From the NCBI GenBank assembly GCA_024626585.2, contig JANKJI020000004.1:1996161-2014349 (forward strand): 18,189 bases of DNA, in the 5' to 3' direction. Source of the stretch: Ginkgo biloba. Taxonomy: Eukaryota > Plantae > Ginkgophyta. The notes under the pieces were generated by a model. It ran no database searches and had not been told where the DNA came from. It saw only the letters and a program-made list of their open reading frames with translations. The position numbers and the translations under genes are program-made. Every line of letters starts with the position of its first letter. Positions within the stretch are counted from its first letter, which is position 1. Positions 10,203 through 18,189 of this stretch are shown here, piece by piece.

Positions 10203-10755
10203 GAACGGAAAGATGGGTCTAAAAATAGATTAAAGCTGGCTGGATTAGGTATTGAAATTTGGTGGAGCAAAGCAAAGAATTGCCATCACCGACATTACCA
10301 ACGAATCTTCATCCCGCCTTCTCGTATTACAAGTAGTTAGTGTTGTATGCAAAGCTTCTCCTGAGACCATGCAAGAGGCTCAATATTCCATTCTCCAATG
10401 AGGACAGTGAGATCGACGAGTATTCTCCATGTGGACTCCACCGTGTCAGCTAGAGACTCATCCCACTATGGGATGAGGACGATTCGATCGACAGATAAGA
10501 ATGCATCCAAAATGTTCTCGGTGCGATGTATTCTCTTTCAAATGAATTATCAAATCGATCGAATTGTCCTATCAGAGTGGAATGAGTCTCTGACACGGAC
10601 TTAAGATCACCTTCGCATGCAACTTCTTCCTATATCAGAAAGCGGGTTTAAGATTCGTTTGCATTGTCGGTGATGGCAATTTTTGTCTTTGTTGCACCAA
10701 ATTTCAATATAAAATTCATACAATTTTAATCTATTCTATACCCATCTTTCCATTC
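10203..10755. mobile_element. Foldback element with ~200 bp imperfect terminal inverted repeats (non-autonomous MULE/MITE-like)
   Basis: Arm 10203-10416 is the reverse complement of 10555-10755, e.g. GGAAAGATGGGT/ACCCATCTTTCC, ATTGAAATTTGGTG/CACCAAATTTCAAT, AATTGCCATCACCGACA/TGTCGGTGATGGCAATT, AACGAATCTT/AAGATTCGTT. No TSD seen, so the superfamily is inferred from arm length only. Confidence 0.75.
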
Positions 10756-10868
10756 TTCGACCGCGGCTCTCTATTAAACGAATTAAACGGACGGTGGGTG
10801 TTAAAATTCCACATTTTAAAATTTAATTATCATTTTTTATTGCTTATAATTTTTCAAAACTTTCATAA

Positions 10869-10903
10869 ATATATATATATATATATATATAAACACACAC
10901 ACA
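10869..10903. repeat. (AT)11 plus short (AC)n microsatellite
   Basis: Direct reading of sequence. Confidence 0.95.
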
Positions 10904-10958
10904 ATGCATTATCAAATAGNNNNNNNNNNTTTGATTTTAAATATACTATTTTTGTCAT

Positions 10959-10966
<8 letters not shown>

Positions 10967-11006
<40 letters not shown>
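10967..11006. repeat. (CA)20 microsatellite
   Basis: Direct reading of sequence. Confidence 0.95.
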
Positions 11007-11008
<2 letters not shown>

Positions 11009-11824
11009 GCATTGTCAAATAGATATTAAGCATTTATTAGCTAAACACTCGTATTGTTACAAGTGGATATTGTTGTTCAACTATGGAGAAATTGCTCATG
11101 TGAAGTCATAAGATAGTATGATGGAAAAACCAATGGAGTGAAATACTCTTGGTTTCTAAGAAAAGTGCATGCATTTGTTTTGATGGTAGTTTGACTTGTA
11201 AAATAATAAATTTAATGTTACATGATGGACAATATAAATTTAAAATTGCCATTTAAAAATTGCTTGACTACTAAGAGTGGACGTTACATTGCAACTGGGG
11301 CATAACAAACATATTGACTATTTTAATCCAATGGTTCATGCATGGAAAATAATCAAAACCTTGAGCGGGCTTTACTCATTATTACTCTCAATAAAATATT
11401 GAATAGAATATTTCCACTTTTCCATCGATGTTATGATGACATACGTCCAAAACACAACATTGCCTTGTCATCCAAAGAGCCCTGGACATATGGAGCAACT
11501 ATTTACCTTGTAGTTAGGCAAGCACCATATTTCAGTATCACCAATTCCATTTAAAAGCCTTTGAGAGTCACGTGGAAATAACATAGTTTTTGGAGTTTTA
11601 ATCTTTTTCTATTCAAGTAAATTTAAGAACATGTGCTGGTATGTGATTGCACATGGGTATGATGGAAAGAAAATGGAGTGAAATAACACATATTTAGGGT
11701 CAAATTTCATCGATGTTGGAACTAATATTTTGGTGCAATTCCATTCATGGAATTGAAACAAAAAAAATTATAACAAAAAGTGGACCCTAGTTGCCAGAAT
11801 TCTTGAATCATTGGCCATCTATAG

Positions 11825-12250
11825 TCCAAATAGTTTGCTCCCTGGACAAATGGCTAGTTAATGTATTCTTTGAGCACACATACATTGCAGATACTCTACT
11901 TGGTACACTAAGAAGCAGAGGAGTTTATTGTAGTAGGATATATAATTAGTATCATCCATTATTCTCTCGAGATCATCCTTGTGATCGCCATAGAGGACTT
12001 TTATCCTAAAACTTGTTGGGTTCAAAGTTTTCTCCCGGTACATGTGGCTAGTCATTGAATTCTCTGATCACACATTCGCCTATAGATACTCTATTTGGTA
12101 TACAAAGAAGCAAAGGAGTTTTATTCTTGTAGGATATACGATGAGTATCATCCATTATTTTCTCAAGATTGTCCTTGTGATTACCATAGAGGACTTTTAT
12201 GTAAAATCCATTAGCTTTAAAGTTTGTTCCTTAGACATATCACTCGTCCT
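11825..12250 (+). repeat. Diverged tandem repeat, unit ~195 bp, ~2.2 copies
   Basis: AGATACTCTA at 11889 and 12084; AGTATCATCCATTATT and CCATAGAGGACTTTTAT recur at an offset of 195-196 bp. Confidence 0.9.
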
Positions 12251-12266
12251 TCAAAGTTTGCTAAAT

Positions 12267-12321
12267 TCCCCAAGGGCAACCATTTTAGGAATATCTTTGT
12301 TAATGTCTTTGGTGATGAAAT
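12267..12321 (+). repeat. Direct repeat copy B, matches 4442-4495
   Basis: Near-identical 55 bp in the same orientation. Confidence 0.92.
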
Positions 12322-13662
12322 TTCAATTCCCATACATGATGATAAATAGAGACACTAAAGAAAAAATATTAGTACTTTGCTTAACGCCACTAAGTTTCTA
12401 TATCATATGACCGGTTGGATTGATTGACTCATCTACAAGAGGTTGCTAGCAATACTAGAAGATGTGTGCGAAGATATGTGCTGATGGATGTCCAAGATTT
12501 GTTGTTTCAATTCACACTGAATAATATTTGCATGGTTGAGATAGGAGTCAATTCAAGTGCTTATTACCCCATCCACCGCATGTTCCCTTTGCCAAAGCTT
12601 CATCATTCGAATTACTTTCCAAATTTTAATGTAATTTGTTTTGGGCTAGTCAATTGTGTAATGCTAATGTTTTCAAGGAGCCACCTAATTTGTAGGCTTG
12701 TAATGGTATTTTAATATTTCTTTGCATCATTTACTTTCTAATAACAANNNNNNNNNNNNNNNNNNNNNNNNNNNNNNNNNNNNNNNNNNNNNNNNNNNNN
12801 NNNNNNNNNNNNNNNNNNNNNNNNNNNNNNNNNNNNNNNNNNNNNNNAAAGGGATTTTCTCCTTGAAGAGTTGGGGTGTGAGTTCATTCATCAAAATGTC
12901 ATGAATAGGTCAATTTGTCCTAGCATTGGTAACACTCATTCAAAAATAAAAAACTAGTAATACTTACTAAGTTATTTCTCTTAGTACATTAAATATTTTG
13001 CTATGCATGCTTAATTAATGAGGTATATGAGTTTTGTATGTGTTTCTTTAATGTTGAATCCTATATTTCTTATGAAAAGAGTAATATGTTACCATTGTAA
13101 GATAGCTCTCTTATTATGAAAACTATTACACTAGTCAAGAAGTTATTAATTCTGTTATTACCTGTTATTACTTCTGCAACACTAATAGATCTATGGGATT
13201 AAAATTGATCGTAGTTAAAATAATGCTCATAATCACCCAAACTCGTAATGCACATTAAATAATGCATGAAAAGAGACGGTGATATGAAAAAATTATATGA
13301 ATCACTATTAGAGTACTCCAAAAATTATACGACATGGAAAATGAGGAAACAAAATTAAATACTCATAAATAATTTCATAGTGTATTTCTTAGAATAAACT
13401 ATATAGATGACAAGTAGCCTTTCATTGCAAATCAACAGCCAAAACGCTTGATGAAAAAAAATGAAAACGTATAGAAATTCAAAACTTATTGGAATTGCAT
13501 GATGAGTTGATGGAGTTACCCATTAAATAAATGTGGAGTTATAACCTCATAACAATCGTTCACACAGGAGATTTGTTTTGCAATTGAAGAGGTTAGGTAT
13601 GATTGTGGNNNNNNNNNNTGCAGGAGGCACAACAGTCTACAGGTGTCACCACATAGGGCTCG

Positions 13663-14910
13663 ATGGCATCTTCGCCAAGGGGGGAACCCTTCCCCCCCTT
13701 GATGTTCACTAGATCTAGGCCCCAGACTATAGAGGATACCAACTCAGATTTCCAAAACATGAAGAAAGGTACAAGCTCATTTTTTGTCAAGAAGAGTGAA
13801 GAGATACCTAAAGTCTTCTTTGACCCTGAAGTGATTGAAAATACAATCCAAGACCTACAAGAAAGGGTTCTGGTGGGCTGGTTCACTAGTATATGGTCAT
13901 CCCCTTACGTCTTGAAGTAGTGGGCTAAAAAGAACTAGTAGGAACTTGTCAAGGGTATAATGGAATTGGTCCCCTATGGCAAAAGTTATTTTTTATCCTT
14001 TTTTAAAGACAGAGAGGACATGAAAGCCATCTTTGAGAGTGGCCCTTAGTTTATGGGTATAAATGGCCTTTTCCTCGACTATTGGTCCCCATATTTCGAC
14101 CCCACCAAGGATCCAAAGGAGGTTTCACTTTGGGTATGATTACCCTTCTCACCCCACCACCTACTCCATGAAGAAGTGTTAGAAGGGATTGGTAACTCAT
14201 TAAGTAAACACATTAAGATTTCTGAAGGAACTTGGGAAAACTTTTCTTGTGCAAAAAATTGTATAAAGGAGAATCTAAGTGCAGGTCTCCCAAATGCAAT
14301 CAAGCTAAACTTTGGAGAACACCAATACCTCCAAACGGTGGACTATGAGAACATTCCCTATAGTTTCAATATTTGCCACGAATATGGGCACTTTGTCTAC
14401 CACTGCCCCAAACGACCTTAGCCTTAGGTTTAGATGAAGAACAAGGAGGGCTTCTAACGGGGCAAAAGGAGGAAATAAGGTAAAATAACAAAAGGAGTTG
14501 TAAGTAAGGCTTTAGACCAAAATGTTGTTAACCCAAATTAGTACTAGGTTTTAGAGAACCTTATTGAGGAGTATTCCCTATAGCAACCAACCTTGATTAG
14601 GGTAAATAAGGTGAGTAAATCCCCTTTACTAAAAAAAGAAGTTCTATCAGTGGAGAAAGGGAAATTGACCCAAAAGAGTCAAGAATTGATCAAATCTTAG
14701 ACCTTAGAGAAGCCAAATTTAGATTTCATTATGGAGTAGTCAACTCCAGTTACGGAGTTCACCAATTTGGAAGAAGTAATACCAATAGAGGATGAAGAAC
14801 CAGTTGAGGAGAATAGCCCTTCAAGCCTTGAAAGAGGAAAACATTTAGGGATACATAAAGGACAGGTTTCAAGGGTCAATGTTGGTGATGATGATGGATT
14901 ATCCATATGA
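13663..14910 (+). mobile_element. Decayed L1-type LINE ORF1 (DUF4283 plus zinc knuckle), no ORF2 following
   Basis: One frame (13663 and 14176 are in phase) with internal stops: RVLVGWF...K*WAKKN...SGP*FMG..LFLDYWSPYFDP..VSLWV*LP..EVLEGIGNSL..VDYENIPYSFNICHEYGHFVYHCP. The zinc knuckle has lost its first Cys. 3' boundary approximate. Confidence 0.88.
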
Positions 14911-15259
14911 GTTAATAAGAAAAGGATAACTCAATCTCCATCACATTAGCCTAAATGAGTTTATCTCCACCATTTCCATTCCATAACACTACACTTTCTC
15001 TCCCTATAGTGTAAACTACACCTAAACCACATCCATCTCACAGTACTTCACCATAATCATGTATAGTGAAAACAACTCCACCTTCACCACCACAATTGCA
15101 AACCACTCCAAATGTATAATCTTTACAAAATCCTCTTGTTGGTCACATTGAGATACTAAACGATAGGCCCAAATATGTAAAATCAAAGCATAAGAGAGAT
15201 GTTTCTATCCTTGCATATAATGGTAAGGTCCTTAGAGATGATATTTTAGGTGTAGTTTA

Positions 15260-15280
15260 TTTTTTTTTTTTTTTTTTTTT
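15260..15280. repeat. Poly(T)21 run (possible minus-strand retroposon poly(A) tail)
   Basis: Homopolymer read directly; the tail interpretation is inference. Confidence 0.6.
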
Positions 15281-15749
15281 AATAATTCATAGATAAAGTA
15301 GTTCCTTAGGGATATTTATGGTACAGGGTTACTTCCTTTTAATTTGACAACCAATACTTATAGTCTAGGATCATNNNNNNNNNNNNNNNNNNNNNNNNNN
15401 NNNNNNNNNNNNNNNNNNNNNNNNNNNNNNNNNNNNNNNNNNNNNNNNNNNNNNNNNNNNNNNNNNNNNNNNNNTCGAGACAGATCAGATTTCGAGTCTA
15501 GGGATAATGAGAATACATCGCAAAGGGGCTCTTTGTCGAACAAGAGATTATTCCATCACTTGCGAAGAGTGGAAAAACTAAACTCCTTCCCACCCAAGTT
15601 TCAACAGCAAACTGTCCTATATTTTCTATTTTCATAGTTTGTTTCTATTTAAATTTCTCAATTATTTTAAATATCAAAATTGACAATTTTTTTCAATTAT
15701 TGCATGTTGTGGCAATTACTTAACACAAGAAAGGACTAGTTAAAAACTA

Positions 15750-15866
15750 ATTAAAGGCATGATTACATTTGCAAAACAACATATTTAAGTAGCAAATTTG
15801 AATAAAATGCATGATTACATCTAAAGTACAAAAATAAAAGGCACAATTACATCTAAAGTACAAAAC
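15750..15866 (+). repeat. Short AT-rich direct repeats (ATTACATCTAAAGTACAAAA x2, GCATGATTACAT x2)
   Basis: 20-mer at ~15814 and ~15846; GCATGATTACAT at ~15757 and ~15809. Confidence 0.7.
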
Positions 15867-16367
15867 ATTTGCCTAGTTAACTTGAAATATGGTGGTGTGT
15901 AAACATTTATGTAATTTGAAGTAGTTGTCTTTAATACTGCACAAAATACTTGTGTCATTGAGAGTGTTTTGCGTTGTTTGTTTTATTTTGCAATTACATT
16001 ACATATATGTATTTTTATCATAATTTGCAATTAATGTTTTTGCACTCTAGACCCCCGGAAATTTGTAGCCTTTATTTTACCGTTGAGTATTTCTTTTTTG
16101 CTTTGATTTACACTATTCACATGAAATTTCCTATGAAAGAGCACTGAAGAAAAAGGATGTGTCTAATATATTTCCCATAAGGAAGTTCGCACCAAACTGC
16201 CTCTGTTATTTAAAATTATTTTATCTTTCCGTGAACTTGTCGATCCATAAAACCAGCATTGGCATTGTAGGGGCCTGTTGATAAATTTATTGGAATAATA
16301 AAATCAACAATACGGACAAAATATTATGAGTTGCAAAGGATGGGACGATAGCCTTGAGGCCAATCAA

Positions 16368-16475
16368 TCAGTTGCAGACGGCTTCCACTGCAAGACTTTT
16401 ATCAACCCCAGGGCACGGATCTTCCAATTTATCCACTGAAACGGAAACCGAGCAACTTTGTCGTCCAATGCAGGC
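16368..16475 (-). CDS. BGAL: Beta-galactosidase last exon (C-terminal SUEL/Gal_Lectin domain)
   Basis: Acceptor TTTGCAG| at 16476; ACIGRQSCSVSVSVDKLEDPCPGVDKSLAVEAVCN, stop TGA at 16368-16370. Confidence 0.93.
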   Translation of the reverse strand, partial: ACIGRQSCSVSVSVDKLEDPCPGVDKSLAVEAVCN

Positions 16476-16565
16476 CTGCAAATGCAGTGAATTTGTGAGA
16501 GAAATGAAACTAAAGCTAGATTTGATGCCTACAACGACAAGAAAAATTCACAGTAGCATCCAAAC

Positions 16566-16901
16566 CTTTTGGACGATCTGTAATGTCTCTTCTGCTTTGC
16601 ATTCTCCATGCTGGAAGCTCCCACATTGCCCTTCTGGTGTCCCAAACCCTGCAAACTTGATGGAAGATATGAGTTGGCCCTGCCCACAGTGATTCGAAGC
16701 TCTGGCTTGCCTGGTTTTGCTGTGTTCTTCATGTTCGATTCCCAAGAATCAACTGGAGAAGGGTATGATTCCAATACTTTGGCACAAACAGCTTCTATAG
16801 ACCTAGTTAACAATGTAATTTGAGATGGGTTGCCACCAAGTTCTTCAAACAACACCAATACATTCCCAGTAGACCGAAGCCATGAACGAGGAACATGATA
16901 C
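16566..16901 (-). CDS. BGAL: Beta-galactosidase penultimate exon (1-nt deletion at ~16692-16693)
   Basis: YHVPRSWLRSTGNVLVLFEELGGNP...KPELR, then the lectin frame HCGQGQLISSIKFAGFGTPEGQCGSFQHGEC..IVQK; acceptor TTTCAG| at 16902, donor AAG|GTTTGG at 16565. Confidence 0.93.
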
Positions 16902-16999
16902 CTGAAATTGGCAGAATCAATCATTTATCAAATGTACTCCAGCTTTGAAAAATGATACAGTCCAAATCATCCATACCAAGAGAGTCTGGAATTTCTTAC

Positions 17000-17211
17000 A
17001 GGCTTTGAGAAGGCTGGCCACAATTAGAGAAACATTTAGTTGAATTATAAGGTCCTCGATAATCACATGGAGTATAACAACCAGTAGGGGGAGAAAGATA
17101 GGAAGGCCAATAGCGTCCAATGCTTTGTCCGTTTACCCAGGCCTGACCCTTGCCCATGCTCGCAAGATTCAAAACTACTGGATCACTCCCATCGAGACCT
17201 TCAAATTCAGT
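17000..17211 (-). CDS. BGAL: Beta-galactosidase (GH35, plant BGAL), third-to-last exon
   Basis: [36 protein letters not shown]...[21 protein letters not shown]; acceptor GATTGCAG| at 17212, donor CT|GTAAGA at 16999. Confidence 0.95.
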
Positions 17212-17599
17212 CTGCAATCAATAGTACAAGTAAGTGATGCAAAATACAGTGTCCATAGCCATCTGCCATCTGCCATCTTGTATTCATACAGACTATATAA
17301 TTGATAACATGGAACTCAACAAAACCTTCACTGCCAGTAGTCACCGTAATAGATTAATGTTGTTTCACAGGAATATGAGTTGATGGTGGACAAAGTAATG
17401 AATTGGTGATGCCAAAGAAAAAGGCTTTAGAAAGCATGCAACACAATTTCATTGACTAATGATGTTAGGTGGTTTAAAAAAAATAATATCATTGAACAAA
17501 TATAATTATTTTCCAAAGTAAATGTAGTGACCCTTTGCAGGTTTATTATGAATCAACAAAAATACTAAATGTAAGAGAATACAAAACTGATGACCATAT

Positions 17600-18189
17600 T
17601 GGAGACAGTCCTAAAGAGTTAAGTGGGCCACAAGGATCATGGCCAGGAGATTGATTAGCGTAGAGACCAATACCTATTTGAATCATCAATGGGCTGAAAT
17701 ACCATCAAAGGTGGTTGAAGGAACAATCTATGTATGGACCCCTTGGTTGGCTAATAGAATCAAGGAACATTACACAGCCTCACAGATGTTCGGGCACCCT
17801 TTCCATATGACTGACTTAATTGTTGTCATCTGCATGGAAGCTCTAGGTCCTCTTGGGTGGATCGAACCAGAATTACAACCCCAATTAAACCTGTATTCAC
17901 ACTTGTAAAGGAAAAGAGGAGATACTAAAGATAAAGTTGCTACTACCTATTTGGGAGGAATCTATGATGCTGTGGTAGCTAAATGATGGTCTGGAGAGGA
18001 GCGGAAAGCCCCCCGAATATATCAAGAAGCAGTGGAAAGAACTTCAGTGGATAGAGGACGATAAAACGACCTACATCTCTCTAATAGCAGCGCATGCACC
18101 CGAAGATAGGAAGTTTGTCCTAGTCTGGCCTCACCCTTGGTGGATAGAACAAACCATTTGGGGCTTCAAAGATAAATACTTGCCTAATT
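17600..18189 (+). mobile_element. Probable transposon-derived coding remnant inside the long BGAL intron
   Basis: The intron upstream of 17211 runs to the window end with no further BGAL exon seen. Composition shifts to higher GC, and ORF 17639-17908 (IYVWTPWLANRIKEH...GHPFHM..LIVVICMEALG) loosely resembles retrotransposon accessory ORFs. Confidence 0.35.

Noticed and set aside
10883-11022. Duplicated (TA)n(CA)nATGCATT.TCAAATAG on both sides of a 10-N gap
   Set aside because: Likely an assembly or haplotype duplication at a microsatellite.
11110-11686. Degenerate ~30 bp direct repeat GTATGATGGAAA..AATGGAGTGAAATA (~11116 and ~11657)
   Set aside because: Short and old with no larger structure seen; not LTR-like (no TG...CA ends, PBS or PPT).
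15509-15522. 14 bp inverted match (GAGAATACATCGCA) to the foldback interior at 10522-10535
   Set aside because: Roughly one 14-mer match is expected by chance in an 18 kb self-comparison, and flanking similarity is weak.
10163-16368. BGAL-TNL fusion or integrated-domain model (same strand, ~6 kb apart)
   Set aside because: BGAL has its own stop and the TNL its own ATG; only TE-derived DNA lies between, with no linking exons seen.

Overview
Eukaryotic plant genomic DNA from a gapped draft assembly with many 10-100 nt N runs. The NLR motif style suggests a gymnosperm (inference). The main feature is a minus-strand, multi-exon TIR-NB-ARC-LRR (TNL) immune receptor gene at 4545-10163 that is disrupted as written: a frameshift late in the TIR, loss of the central NB-ARC (RNBS-A, kinase-2, RNBS-B) where ~2 kb containing a decayed LINE fragment intervenes, and two more frame breaks in the NB-LRR linker. 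About 40 bp upstream of its ATG lies a ~550 bp foldback with ~200 bp inverted arms (MULE-like). Its P-loop carries a miR482/2118-type target site, and a 54 bp direct repeat lies on each side of the gene. At the right are the last three exons of a GH35 beta-galactosidase (minus strand), where a 1-nt deletion at the start of the SUEL lectin domain yields a stop-free alternative C-terminus. The rest is decayed transposon sequence (L1 ORF1, an E/K-rich apparently spliced ORF remnant), microsatellites and a ~195 bp tandem repeat. I found no clearly new multi-gene system; the best leads are the regulatory and derivative features of the TNL and the remodelled BGAL tail.
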